A stretch of DNA of 64,000 nucleotides from an uncultured delta proteobacterium (GTDB lineage: Bacteria > Myxococcota_A > Polyangia > Palsa-1104), in assembly GCA_963785725.1 (NCBI GenBank), contig CAWAWS010000016.1:160001-224000 (forward strand), written 5' to 3'. The notes beneath the pieces are model-generated. The model searched no databases. It saw nothing but the letters and a program-made list of their open reading frames with translations, and was not told the DNA's origin. The position numbers and the translations under genes were made by a program. Shown in pieces: positions 23,672-34,537 of the stretch. Numbering within the stretch: the stretch's first letter is position 1; every line of letters starts with the position of its first letter.

Positions 23672-24532
23672 TTACTTGCGCGGACGCAGGAGCTCGGCCA
23701 GCGACGTGGCGGCGTGACCGGTCAGGCGCGCGACGGCGTCGGTCACCGTCGCCAAGTCGCCGCCGGCGATGGCCGTGTACGTCGAGACCCAGGCGTCGAC
23801 CTGCCACGCCGGGGCGCCGTACGCCGCGCGCGAGGCGTAGGCCTCGGCGAGCGTCTCGTCGACGAAGCGAATGTCGCGGCCGAGCGCCGACGTCAGAATG
23901 GCGGCCACTTCGGCGAGCGTCAGCGACGCGGGGCCGGTGAGATCGTACGTCTTGCCGGCGTGGGCCGAGACGTCGCGCAAGACGGCGGCCGCGGCGTCGA
24001 CGATGTCGGCTTGCGCGACGGCGGCGACGCGACCTTGGCCGGCGGGGCCGCGAATGACGCCGTCGGCGCCGACCAGGGCCGCGAAGAAGTCGGCGTAGAG
24101 GTTGTCGCGCAGGAACGTGAACGCAAGGCCGCTGTCGCGAATGTACTCTTCGGTCGCGCCGTGATCGCGCGCCAACGTGAATGTCGCCGACGCCGACGCG
24201 CCGATGAATGACGTGTAGACGAGATGGCGCACACCGGCCGCCACCGCCGCGTCGACGAACGACCGATGCTGCGCGACGCGATCGGGCGACTCCGGCGCCG
24301 ACACCATGAGCACGACCGGCACGCCGGCGAGCGCCGCGCGCACCGCCGCGCCGTCGCCGTAAGACGCGACGCGCGCCTCGGCCCGCGACAACTTCGGCGC
24401 CCGCGCCAAGTCGCGGACGAGCAGCGTCTGCGCCACGCCGGCGGCCGCGAGCGCTCGCGCGACGCCGCCGCCCAATCGCCCCGTCGCGCCGCACACCCCG
24501 ACGCGCTCGACCGTGGTCGTCTCGACGCTCAT
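23672..24532 (-). CDS. NmrA-like/atypical SDR NAD(P)H oxidoreductase (YtfG/QOR2-like)
   Basis: VCGATGRLGG, AGVRHLVYTSF, DHGATE, LRDNLY, YDLTGP. Confidence 0.85.
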   Translation of the reverse strand: MSVETTTVERVGVCGATGRLGGGVARALAAAGVAQTLLVRDLARAPKLSRAEARVASYGDGAAVRAALAGVPVVLMVSAPESPDRVAQHRSFVDAAVAAGVRHLVYTSFIGASASATFTLARDHGATEEYIRDSGLAFTFLRDNLYADFFAALVGADGVIRGPAGQGRVAAVAQADIVDAAAAVLRDVSAHAGKTYDLTGPASLTLAEVAAILTSALGRDIRFVDETLAEAYASRAAYGAPAWQVDAWVSTYTAIAGGDLATVTDAVARLTGHAATSLAELLRPRK

Positions 24533-24588
24533 TCGATTGTCTCCGTCAGCTGCTGCGAAACCAGGCGGATGCGGCGGAAAAGGCGGGG

Positions 24589-24900
24589 CTACTTCTGTTT
24601 CGCGATGACCTTGTCTTTGATCTTGTCGTAGGTCGCCTGCGGCACGATCTTCTTCGACACCAGCTGCGCCTTGTTCGCGTACGGCCGCCCGGCGATGATC
24701 TTCTTCGAGTAGGCGTCGCCGATGCCCGCCAGCGCCTTCAGCTGATCTTCGGTCGCCGAGTTGAGATCGACGAGATCGGTCGCGGCCGCCGGTGCCGCGG
24801 CCGTCGGCGCCGGTGCCGCCGCCTTCTTGGCCTGCGCCCAAGCGGGCGTCGTAAACAGGAGCGACAGTAGAGCCAACAGTGCGAAACGCGTCGTCTTCAT
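24589..24900 (-). CDS. ComEA-like helix-hairpin-helix DNA-binding protein, exported
   Basis: Signal peptide; [32 protein letters not shown]. Confidence 0.85.
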   Translation of the reverse strand: MKTTRFALLALLSLLFTTPAWAQAKKAAAPAPTAAAPAAATDLVDLNSATEDQLKALAGIGDAYSKKIIAGRPYANKAQLVSKKIVPQATYDKIKDKVIAKQK

Positions 24901-24939
24901 CGAATCCTCCCCAGGGTTGGAATGCGGCTATGACGGACG

Positions 24940-25905
24940 TTACAGCTCGTCGTCGGCGAAAGCGAGCACGTCGCGAATGTTGCGCGCGCCGGTCAAGAGC
25001 ATGACGACGCGATCGACGCCCATGGCGATGCCCGACGACGGCGGCATGTCGGCCAGCGCCGACAGAAACTTCTCGTCGACGGGATATTCGGGCAGGCCGC
25101 GCCGGCGGCGCTCGTCGAGATCGGCGTGCAGCCGGCGGCGCTGCTCGACGACGTCGGTCAATTCGCCGAACGCGTTACACAGCTCGAGGCCGTGCGCGTA
25201 GACCTCGAAGCGCTCGACGACGCGCGGATCGCTCGGCTTTTCCCGCGCCAACGCGCACAGCGGCCGCGGCCAGTCGTAGACGAGCGTCGGCTGCGCCTGC
25301 CCGAGGTGCGGCTCGACCGCGTCGAGAAACATGGTGAAGAAGACGTCGTCCCAGGCGCCGTCGGCGGGCACGCGATGGCCGGCGCGCGCGATCTTCTCGC
25401 GCAAGAGCGGCAGCGGCTCGTCGCCGTCGATGCGCACGCCGGCCCAGCGCGCGGTCGCGTCGCCGACCGAGACGCGCTGCCACGGCCGCGCCAAGCCGGC
25501 GACGCCGAAGTCGTCGGCCAGCGACGAGACCAACGCCTCGATGTCGTCGGCGATGAGCTCCCAGCCGGCGCCGGCGCGATACCACTCGAGCATCGTGAAC
25601 TCGGGGTTGTGCTGCGGCCCCGCTTCGCCGCGCCGAAAGACCTTGCCGAGCGAATAGATCCGCTCGAGGCCGCCGGCCAAGAGGCGCTTCATTTGATACT
25701 CGGGGCTGGTGATCAAATAGCGATGCTCGACGGCAAACGCGTCGAGATGCAGCTCGAGCCCGGGCGACGGAACGAGAATCGGCGCTTCGATTTCGATGAA
25801 GTCGCGCGTGTCGAAGAACGCGCGCATCTTGCGGAGAATCTGCGCCCGCTCGGCCAGCTTGCGGCCGGCGAGGCGCAGCGTTTCGTCATTCGGGCGATCG
25901 ATCAT
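24940..25905 (-). CDS. epmA: EF-P lysine aminoacylase EpmA (GenX/PoxA)
   Basis: YLITSPEYQMKRLLA, HNPEFTMLEWYR, ERFE...ELCNAFGELTD, GIAMGVDR; adjacent to efp. Confidence 0.93.
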   Translation of the reverse strand: MIDRPNDETLRLAGRKLAERAQILRKMRAFFDTRDFIEIEAPILVPSPGLELHLDAFAVEHRYLITSPEYQMKRLLAGGLERIYSLGKVFRRGEAGPQHNPEFTMLEWYRAGAGWELIADDIEALVSSLADDFGVAGLARPWQRVSVGDATARWAGVRIDGDEPLPLLREKIARAGHRVPADGAWDDVFFTMFLDAVEPHLGQAQPTLVYDWPRPLCALAREKPSDPRVVERFEVYAHGLELCNAFGELTDVVEQRRRLHADLDERRRRGLPEYPVDEKFLSALADMPPSSGIAMGVDRVVMLLTGARNIRDVLAFADDEL

Positions 25906-25930
25906 GCGCGATCTCCGAACGACGACGGCG

Positions 25931-26500
25931 TTAGCCTTTGACGCGCTCGCAGTAGTCGCCCGAGCGCGTATCGATGCGGAGGAGGTCGCCTTCGTTGATG
26001 AAGAGCGGCACGTTGATCTGCGCGCCCGTCTCCAGCGTCGCCGGCTTCTGCGCGCCGCCCGAGGTGTCGCCCTTGATGCCCGGCTCCGACGACGTGACGC
26101 GCAGCTCGACGAAGTTCGGCAAGGTCACGCCGATGGCGCGGCCGTTCCAGAACATGACGTGCACGATCATGTTGTCCTTGAGCCACTTCCAATCGTCGCC
26201 GATCAGATCGCCCAAGATGCTGATCTGCTCGTAGCTCTTCTGATCCATGAAGACGAAGTCGCCCGCCTCTTTGTAGAGGAAGCTCATCTCGTTCTCTTCG
26301 ATGTCGGCGAGCTCGATCTTTTCACCCGAGCGCAAGTTGCTCTCGAGGTTGCGGCCGGTCAGCAGGTTCTTCATCTTCGTGCGCGTGAACGCGGCGCCCT
26401 TGCCGGGCTTGATGAACTGCCGATCGATGACGGTGTACGGCTGTCCGTCGATGAGAAGCTTGAGCCCGCTCTTGAGTTCCGTCGCGTCCACTGTCGCCAT
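25931..26500 (-). CDS. efp: Translation elongation factor P
   Basis: KPGKGAAF loop, GIKGDT, KPATLETG, VPLFINEG, IDTRSGDY. Confidence 0.96.
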   Translation of the reverse strand: MATVDATELKSGLKLLIDGQPYTVIDRQFIKPGKGAAFTRTKMKNLLTGRNLESNLRSGEKIELADIEENEMSFLYKEAGDFVFMDQKSYEQISILGDLIGDDWKWLKDNMIVHVMFWNGRAIGVTLPNFVELRVTSSEPGIKGDTSGGAQKPATLETGAQINVPLFINEGDLLRIDTRSGDYCERVKG

Positions 26501-26579
26501 GGTTCGGCAGGGATAGCTCGTCTCATCGTCGCTGTCAATCTCGCTTACCGTGCGCCGGAGTCGTGCTAGATTCCCGCGC

Positions 26580-26885
26580 ATGGCGTACTACTGCTGGAGC
26601 TGCGGGAACGAGCAAATCTTCGACGTCAAAGTCGGCGTCAAGGTCGGTCGCCGCGACTCGTGCCCGCACTGCGCGGCCGATCTGCATGTCTGTAAAAACT
26701 GTCGTCTTTGGGATCCGAGCATCCACAACCAGTGCCGCGAGCCCGAGGCTGCCTTCATCCGCGATCGCCAGGAGTCGAACTTCTGCGCGCACTTCGATTT
26801 CCGCGATGGCGACAGCCCGACCGCCGACAAAGGCGTCGAGAGCGCGAAGGCCAAGCTCAACGACCTCTTCAAGAACCTGAAGTGA
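26580..26885 (+). CDS. Small Cys-rich (probable Zn-binding) hypothetical protein
   Basis: CWSC, CPHC, CKNC, C...NFC; TG-n-TAGATT just upstream of ATG. Confidence 0.75.
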   Translation: MAYYCWSCGNEQIFDVKVGVKVGRRDSCPHCAADLHVCKNCRLWDPSIHNQCREPEAAFIRDRQESNFCAHFDFRDGDSPTADKGVESAKAKLNDLFKNLK

Positions 26886-26901
26886 CGCCGCAGGCGACGC
26901 G

Positions 26902-27236
26902 ATGATCGAGCTCGACGACGACTTCGACGCGGCCACGCGCGAGCTGTGCCCGGACGGCAACTGCACCGGCGTGCTCGCCGCCGACGGCGTGTGCAAAGTG
27001 TGCGGCGCCCGCGGCGTCGTGCCGGCGGGCACGCGCGCCGACGCGCCCGACGTGCCGCGCCGGAAGCGCCGCAAACGAAAGAAGCGAGCGCGAACGACGA
27101 CGCCGCCGACTTTTTGGCCACGCGCGGCGACGCGGCGTTCGACGACGAGAACCGCGAGCTGTGCCCCGACGGCAACTGCATCGGCGTGCTCGACGCGGAC
27201 GGCCGCTGCAAAGTCTGCGGACGCACGATTACCTAG
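26902..27236 (+). CDS. Small protein with duplicated CPDGNCxG...CKVCG motif, frameshifted near 27050-27090
   Basis: RELCPDGNCTGVLAADGVCKVCG in one frame and RELCPDGNCIGVLDADGRCKVCG in the next. Confidence 0.65.
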
Positions 27237-27259
27237 CTTTCTCGACGGCAAATCGGCTT

Positions 27260-27311
27260 CTTGACAAATTCAGTCAAGTATCAAATAACAAACTTGACTA
27301 ATTCAGTAGAC
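27260..27311 (+). promoter_or_regulatory. Two Rrf2-type (IscR type-1-like) operator boxes overlapping a TTGACA hexamer
   Basis: CTTGAC-AAATTCA-GTCAAG palindrome (27260-27278, followed by TAT) and near copy CTTGACTAATTCAGTAGAC (27293-27311) in an AT-rich patch. Confidence 0.75.
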
Positions 27312-27316
27312 AACCC

Positions 27317-27772
27317 GTGAAGCTGTCGACGAAGACACGATATGGCGTGCGCGCGGTGTTCGACATCGCCTACCACAACGCCGGCCGGCCGACGCAGGCG
27401 CGCGACATCGCGCGCCGGCAGGACGTGCCGTTGCGCTATCTCGAGCAGATCTTTCAGGAGCTGCGGCGCGCCAACCTCGTCGACGCCAAGCGCGGTCCGA
27501 AAGGCGGCTACTTTTTGTCGCGCACGCCGGAGTCGATCACGCTCGGCGACGTCGTCCGCGCCGTGCAAGGGCCGATCGAGCTGCTCGCGTCCGACGACGA
27601 AGCCGGCGACGGCGTGCGCACGTCGAAGCAGGTGCCGGCCGACATCTGGCGTGAGCTGGCGACGAAGATCTCCGGCGTCTTCGACTCGGTGACCATCCGC
27701 GATCTGTGTCAGCGCGGCGAAGCGCTCGGCATTCATCGCGGCGACGGTCAGCCGCACATGTACTTCATTTGA
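27317..27772 (+). CDS. Rrf2-family regulator, CymR-like
   Basis: MKLSTKTRYG, YLEQIF, RGPKGGY; lacks the IscR three-Cys ligands; C-terminus HMYFI. Confidence 0.88.
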   Translation: MKLSTKTRYGVRAVFDIAYHNAGRPTQARDIARRQDVPLRYLEQIFQELRRANLVDAKRGPKGGYFLSRTPESITLGDVVRAVQGPIELLASDDEAGDGVRTSKQVPADIWRELATKISGVFDSVTIRDLCQRGEALGIHRGDGQPHMYFI

Positions 27773-27820
27773 GCGTTCGCTCGATCCTGGCGAACGTTTA
27801 CTCGGACTAGGAGCCCCGCC

Positions 27821-28767
<947 letters not shown>

Positions 28768-28771
<4 letters not shown>

Positions 28772-29454
28772 ACGCGGCCGCTCCACGCGTGCTCGTCGTC
28801 GGCGCGGGCGGGCTCGGCTGCCCTGCCCTCTTGGCGTTGGCGCCGGCGATCGCCGCGCGCGGCGGGCTCCTCGGCGTCATCGACGACGATCGCGTGGAGC
28901 TGTCGAACCTGAATCGCCAGATCCTGCATCGCACCGAAGACGTGGGGCGTGACAAGGCGAAATCGGTAGAGGACGGGCTCTTGCGGCGCCATCCGAGGCT
29001 GCGGGTGGACGCGATCGTGGCCCGCGTCGACGCCGCGAACGCCGACACGATCGTGCGCCGGTGGGACGTCGTCGTCGACGGCAGCGACTCGTTCGCGTCC
29101 AAGTTTCTGCTCAACGACGCCTGCGTGCGCGCCAATGTGCCGCTCGTGCATGGCGGCGTCGTGCGGCTGACAGGGCAGCTCATGTCGATCGTGCGCGGCT
29201 CGGCTTGTTATCGCTGCCTGTTCGAGGCGCCGCCGCCGGCGGGCATGGCGCCGTCGTGCTCGGAGGCCGGCGTCGTCGGCGCGTTCGCCGGCATCGTCGG
29301 CGCGCTGCAGGCCAAAGAGGCGCTCGCCATCGTCGCAGGCGCGCCCGAGCTGGCCGGCACACTGCTCGTCGTCGACGGCCGCAGCGACGAGCGCCGCCGC
29401 GTCCGTATTCGTCCGCGTCCCGGCTGCGAAGCTCATTTGCGAGAGGTCGCCTGA
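28768..29454 (+). CDS. MoeB/ThiF/HesA-family adenylyltransferase (E1-like)
   Basis: [32 protein letters not shown] overlap with cysK. Confidence 0.88.
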
Positions 29455-30681
29455 TGTCGTTCGTGCAAGCGCTGCAGTGCAAAGAGTGCAAGACCCAATA
29501 TCCGAAGCAGGCGCTGCACGTCTGCGAGAACTGCTTCGGTCCGCTCGAGGTCGCTTACGACTACGCGGCCATCGGCAAAGCGCTGACGCGCGAGACGATC
29601 ATGTCGCGGGCGCCGAACCTGTGGCGCTATCGCGAGCTCCTGCCGCTCGACGCGCCGCCGACGGTGGGGTTGAACGCCGGCTACACGCCTTTGGTGCGCG
29701 CCAAGCGGCTCGGCGACGCGCTCGGCCTCAGCGACTTGTGGGTCAAGAACGACGCCGTGTCGCATCCGACGCTGTCGTTCAAAGATCGCGTCGTCTCGGT
29801 GGCGCTGTCGAAGGCCAAGGAGCTCGGCTTCGACACCGTGGCCTGCGCGTCGACGGGCAACCTCGGCAACTCGACGGCGGCGCACGCGGCGCAAGCGGGG
29901 CTGCGCTGCTACGTGCTGATCCCGCACGATCTCGAGGCCGGCAAAGTGCTGGGCACGCAAATCTACGCGCCGCATCTGGTGCGCATCGACGGCACCTACG
30001 ACGACGTCAATCGGCTGTGCTCGGAGATCGCCGATCGGCATCCGTGGGCGTTCGTGAACGTCAACATTCGCCCCTATTACGCCGAGGGCTCGAAGACCTA
30101 CGGCTACGAGATCCAGGAGCAGCTCGGCTGGCGCACGCCGGCGCACGTCGTCGTGCCGATGGCGTCGGGCTCGCTGCTCACGAAGATCGGTCGCGCCATC
30201 GACGAATTCACCAAGCTCGGGCTCGTCGACGCGCGCGGCACGACCAAGCTGCACGGCGCGCAGGCGGCCGGCTGCGGACCCATCGCCGAGGCGGTGCTGG
30301 CGAATCGCGAGGCCATCAAGCCGGTCAAGAAGCCGAACACGATCGCCAAGTCGCTTGGCCATCGGCAATCCGGCCGACGGGCCGTACGCGGCGCACGCGA
30401 TTCTGACGTCGGGCGGCAGCGCGGCCGCGGTCAGCGACGCCGAGATCATCGAGGGCATTCAGCTGTTGGCGGCGACCGAGGGCCTCTTCACCGAGACCGC
30501 CGGCGGCGTGACCGTGGCGACGGCGAAGAAGCTGGCGGCGGCGGGCAAGATCGGACGCGACGAGACGACCGTCATCTGCATCACGGGCAACGGCCTGAAG
30601 ACGCAGGAGCCGCTCGTGGACGCGCTGCCGCTGCCGCTGCCGATCGCGGCCCGGCTCGACGAGTTCGAGAAGATTCTTTAG
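29454..30681 (+). CDS. Threonine-synthase-like PLP enzyme (sulfur-carrier-associated), frameshift near 30355
   Basis: N-terminal CKEC/CENC, PTLSFKDR, CASTGNL, EGSKT; continues AIGNPADG...ITGNGLK in next frame. Confidence 0.85.
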
Positions 30682-30726
30682 TACGTACGATAGCAACGGA
30701 CACAAAAGCTCCATAGGAGACGAACC

Positions 30727-30999
30727 ATGGCCACCGTGCGAATCCCGACGCCGCTGCGCAAGCTGACCGGCGGCAACGAAGAAGTCACCGTCGCGGCGAA
30801 GAGCGTGGGCGAGCTGATCGCCGTGCTCGAGCAGCAGCATCCCGGCATCAAAGAGCGCATCTGCGACGAGACCGGCGCCGTGCGTCGCTTCGTCAACATC
30901 TTCGTCAAGGACGAGGACATTCGCTTTCTGCAGAACCTCGACACGCCGCTCGGCGAGAAGGACGAAGTCTCGATCGTCCCGGCGATCGCCGGCGGCTGA
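30727..30999 (+). CDS. MoaD/CysO-type ubiquitin-like sulfur carrier
   Basis: AGGAG RBS; VRIPTPLR...RRFVNIFV..EDIRFL...PAIAGG C-terminus. Confidence 0.92.
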   Translation: MATVRIPTPLRKLTGGNEEVTVAAKSVGELIAVLEQQHPGIKERICDETGAVRRFVNIFVKDEDIRFLQNLDTPLGEKDEVSIVPAIAGG

Positions 31000-31358
31000 T
31001 GGCGCGTTTCAGCGACGAGGAAGTGCGCCGTTATAGTCGGCAGATCGTGCTGCCGGAGGTGGGTGGCACGGGCCAAGAGCAGCTGCGCGCGGCGACGATC
31101 GCGGCCACGACCGAGACGGCGGCGCTGTACTTGGCCGCAGCGGGCGTCGGCACGATCCGCGTGCCGTCGCCGGGCTGGGCCGAGGCGGCGCGCGCGCTCA
31201 ATCCGCTCGTGACCGTCCTCGTCGACGAATCGGTGGCGACCGAGGCCGAAGACGTCGAAGTCGGTGCGCTCTCGGCGTGGCGCGCGATCAAAGAGGCGCT
31301 GTCGACGGCGTTCCCCGCGGCAGGCGCAAGCGCTGCGGGCGCGAGGACGGCAACGTGA
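30999..31358 (+). CDS. Short degenerate ThiF/MoeB-like protein
   Basis: RYSRQIVLPEVGGTGQEQL and ALYLAAAGVGTI retained; GxGxxG and SNLxRQ absent; coupled to both neighbours. Confidence 0.65.
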   Translation: MARFSDEEVRRYSRQIVLPEVGGTGQEQLRAATIAATTETAALYLAAAGVGTIRVPSPGWAEAARALNPLVTVLVDESVATEAEDVEVGALSAWRAIKEALSTAFPAAGASAAGARTAT

Positions 31359-32326
31359 GCGACTCCGCAGGCGCGCCGCCGTCGACCGCGCTCGAACGGG
31401 CGCAGCAGAAGGGCTCGATCGTCGATCTCATCGGCGGCACGCCGCTCATTCGCCTGCGCAAGCTCGAGCCGCGCGCCGGCGTCGAGCTCTGGGCCAAGTG
31501 CGAGTTCGCCAACCCGGGCGGCTCGGTCAAAGATCGCGCCGCGCTGCAGATGATCCAGGACGGCATCGCGTCCGGCGCGCTCACCTACGACAAGACGATC
31601 ATCGACTCCACGAGCGGCAACACCGGCGTCGCCTACTCGCTCGTCGGCGCCGCGCTCGGCTATCGCGTGACCTTGGTCATGCCGGCCAACGTCTCGGCGG
31701 CGCGCAAGCAGATCACGGCCGCCTACGGCACCGAGCTCATCTACTCGTCGGAGCTCGAAGGATCGGACGGCGCCATCGTGCTCGTGCGCCAGCTCGTGGC
31801 CGAGCATCCCGAGCGTTACTACTATCCCGATCAGTATTCGAACGAGTCCAATCCGCGCGCGCATTATCTCGGCACCGGGCGCGAGATCTGGGAGCAGACG
31901 AGCGGTCGCGTGACGCATTTCGTGGCCGGCTTGGGCACGACGGGCACGATCATGGGCACCGGCCGGCGGCTCAAGGAGCACGATCGGCGCGTGCAGATCG
32001 TCGCCGTCGAGCCCGACGACGCGCTGCACGGCCTCGAAGGGCTCAAGCATCTGCAGTCGTCGCTGGTGCCGGCGATTTGGCGTCCCGAGGGCATCGTCGA
32101 TCGGCGCTTGCCGATGGGCACCGACGAAGCCTGGGACACGTCCGAGCGGCTGGCGCGCGAAGAGGGGCTGTTCGTCGGCCACTCGGCCGGCGCCGCCGTC
32201 GCCGGCGCGCTGCGCGTCGCCAAGGAGCTGCCCGCCGACGAAAAGGCGGTCATCGTGACGCTGCTGCCGGATCGCGGCGATCGCTACTTCGTGCCGCTAA
32301 AATGGGAAAAGACCTATGAGTGGTAG
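31355..32326 (+). CDS. cysM: Second cysteine synthase (CysM-like, possibly CysO-dependent)
   Basis: [44 protein letters not shown]. Confidence 0.8.
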   Translation: MSDSAGAPPSTALERAQQKGSIVDLIGGTPLIRLRKLEPRAGVELWAKCEFANPGGSVKDRAALQMIQDGIASGALTYDKTIIDSTSGNTGVAYSLVGAALGYRVTLVMPANVSAARKQITAAYGTELIYSSELEGSDGAIVLVRQLVAEHPERYYYPDQYSNESNPRAHYLGTGREIWEQTSGRVTHFVAGLGTTGTIMGTGRRLKEHDRRVQIVAVEPDDALHGLEGLKHLQSSLVPAIWRPEGIVDRRLPMGTDEAWDTSERLAREEGLFVGHSAGAAVAGALRVAKELPADEKAVIVTLLPDRGDRYFVPLKWEKTYEW

Positions 32327-32758
32327 CCTGCCCCGCGCCGTCCTCGACGACATTTATGCCCACGCCCGCGCCGGTTATCCGGAAGAAGTGTGCGGCCTCA
32401 TCATCGCCGGCGACGAAGCGCGCCGCTGCGAAAACCGGCAGAACGCGCTGCACGCCGAGGATCCGCAAGTCGTTCCCGCGCGACGCGCGCACGGCCTACA
32501 ACTTGGGGCCCAAAGATCTGTTCTTCCTCGACAAGAGCCTGCGCAGCGCGCGGCCGGTGCAACATCATCTATCACTCGCACGTCGACGTCGGCGCCTACT
32601 TCTCCGACGAAGACGCGCGCGCCGCGACGTCCGAAGGCGAGCTGCTCTACCCCGTCGATTACCTGGTCGTCGACGTGCGCGCCGACGGCGTCAAGGGCAG
32701 CAAGTTGTTCCATTTCAGCGGCGGGCAGTTCGTCGAAGTCGCGAGCTTCGGCCCGTGA
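32316..32758 (+). CDS. Mec/JAMM (M67) metallopeptidase, two frameshifts
   Basis: HARAGYPEEVCG and YHSHVDVGAYFSDED (JAMM HxH...S..D) in different frames. Confidence 0.82.
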
Positions 32759-33366
32759 GCTTGGCGCTCGGCATCCTGGTCGCCGACCCGGAGATGCTGA
32801 CGCGCGCGCTCGATCTGTGCCGCGGCTGCGACGACGCCCAGCTGTTCCTGATGGACGAGGGCGTGCGCGCGGCCGGCGACGCGCGGCTGCGCGCGGCCAT
32901 CGACGACGGCCTGGACGCGGCCTTATGCGCAATGGACGCCGAGGCGCGCGTCATACCCGCCGTCGCCGGCGGGCCGCGCTTCGGCTCGCAGTTCGACCAC
33001 GCCGTCATGGTCCGCGAGGCCGCGCGCGTCGTCGCCATGACCGGCGGGCGTATCGACGACAACGAGGCCGCGCTCTTGCACGCGTCGCGCGCTACCCTCG
33101 CCCGCCGGCGCGTCGCCGTGCGGCTGACGCGCGCCGCCGAGCACGCCAAGACGGCGCAGGCGCTGCGCAGCGCGGTCGGTTATGCTGCGGTCGAGCTCGA
33201 CGTGACGCTCGTCGTCGAGCCGGCGGCGCGCGCGCTCCTGACGCGCGACGACCACGCGGCGCCGCTCCTGCGCGCGCTCGGCACCTTGCGCGCGCTCGGC
33301 CATCGCGTCGTCGAGGTCGCCTCGCCGTCGACGCGGGTCAGCTGCGACGTCGAAGTCAGCTGGTAA
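32755..33366 (+). CDS. Tandem DsrE/DsrF-like sulfur-relay protein
   Basis: LFLMDEGV...ALCAMDA...FGSQFD (DsrE-like), then KTAQALRSAVG...VTLVV (DsrF-like); GTGA overlap with mec. Confidence 0.6.
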   Translation: MSLALGILVADPEMLTRALDLCRGCDDAQLFLMDEGVRAAGDARLRAAIDDGLDAALCAMDAEARVIPAVAGGPRFGSQFDHAVMVREAARVVAMTGGRIDDNEAALLHASRATLARRRVAVRLTRAAEHAKTAQALRSAVGYAAVELDVTLVVEPAARALLTRDDHAAPLLRALGTLRALGHRVVEVASPSTRVSCDVEVSW

Positions 33367-33394
33367 GCGTCGTCGGCAGCGCTAAAATGAGCCG

Positions 33395-33679
33395 ATGAGC
33401 GCGGAGCAGCCGGAGCTATTGGACCTGGCGGGTGAAGTTTGCCCGTACACGTTCGTGCGCACCAAGCTGCGCCTCGAGGAGCTGCCGCTCGGCGCCGAGC
33501 TGCACGTGCTCGTCGACCACGCGCCGGCGGTCGACAGCGTGCCGCGCTCGCTGCGCGCCGAGGGCCACGAGGTGCGCTCGGTCGAGCCGGAGGACGGCGG
33601 CCCGCGCGCGCGCTGGCGCATCGTGACCATCAAGCGGTCGACGCGCCCGCCACTTTTGCGCCCCGCGAACGAGCTGTAA
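33395..33679 (+). CDS. TusA-family sulfurtransferase
   Basis: LDLAGEVCPYTFVRTKLRL...LVDH...VPRSL. Confidence 0.85.
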   Translation: MSAEQPELLDLAGEVCPYTFVRTKLRLEELPLGAELHVLVDHAPAVDSVPRSLRAEGHEVRSVEPEDGGPRARWRIVTIKRSTRPPLLRPANEL

Positions 33680-33715
33680 CGTGGCAATAACCCTCAACGA
33701 TGCTATGAAAGCGAC

Positions 33716-34537
33716 ATGAGCCCGAGCCTCGACGAAAAGCTGACCACGCTGCGCCGCGTCGTCCGCGGTTATGGCAGCGCGCTGGTGGCTTTTTCGGGCG
33801 GCGCCGACTCGGCGCTCGTGCTCAAGGTGGCCAGCGACGAGCTCGGCGGAAAGGCGCACGCGCTGACGGCCGTCTCGCCGACGATGGCGCGGCGCGAGCA
33901 AGCCCGCGCGCGCGCGTTCGCGGCCAGCCTCGGCGTCGGCATCGACGTCGTCGACTCGCACGAGCTCGAGCGGCCCGGCTTCGCGATGAATCCGACCGAT
34001 CGCTGCTATCACTGCAAGGCCGAGCTGCTCGACGTCGCGCAGCCGCTCGCCGATCGCCTGGGCCTGGGCGCGGTACTGCTCGGTACCAACCTCGACGACT
34101 TGGGCGACCATCGGCCGGGCTTGGCGGCGGCCAACGAGCGCGGCGCGCGCCATCCGCTCGTCGAGGCCGGGCTGACCAAGAGCGACGTGCGCGCCGTGTC
34201 GCAGACGCTGGGCCTGACGACGTGGGACAAGCCGCAGCTGGCCTGTCTGTCGTCGCGCTTTCCCTATGGCACCGAGATCACGCCCGAGAAGCTGAGCCGC
34301 ATCGATCGCTTCGAGGAGGGCCTGTACGATCTCGGGTTCCGCCAGCTGCGCGTGCGCTATCACGACACGATCGCGCGTCTGGAGCTGGAGGACGGCGCGC
34401 TGGCGCTGGCCGTCGAAAAGCGGAAACAGATTATCGCGCTCGGGAAATCGAATGGGTTTACCTATATCGCGCTCGATCTCGAAGGCTTCCGCTCGGGCGC
34501 GATGAACGAGACGCTGACGCAGCTGCGCCGGCGCTGA
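33716..34537 (+). CDS. larE: LarE-family ATP-dependent sulfur transferase
   Basis: PP-loop AFSGGADS, RCYHCK, DHRPG, WDKP..ACLSSRFPYG, GFRSGAMN. Confidence 0.88.
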   Translation: MSPSLDEKLTTLRRVVRGYGSALVAFSGGADSALVLKVASDELGGKAHALTAVSPTMARREQARARAFAASLGVGIDVVDSHELERPGFAMNPTDRCYHCKAELLDVAQPLADRLGLGAVLLGTNLDDLGDHRPGLAAANERGARHPLVEAGLTKSDVRAVSQTLGLTTWDKPQLACLSSRFPYGTEITPEKLSRIDRFEEGLYDLGFRQLRVRYHDTIARLELEDGALALAVEKRKQIIALGKSNGFTYIALDLEGFRSGAMNETLTQLRRR

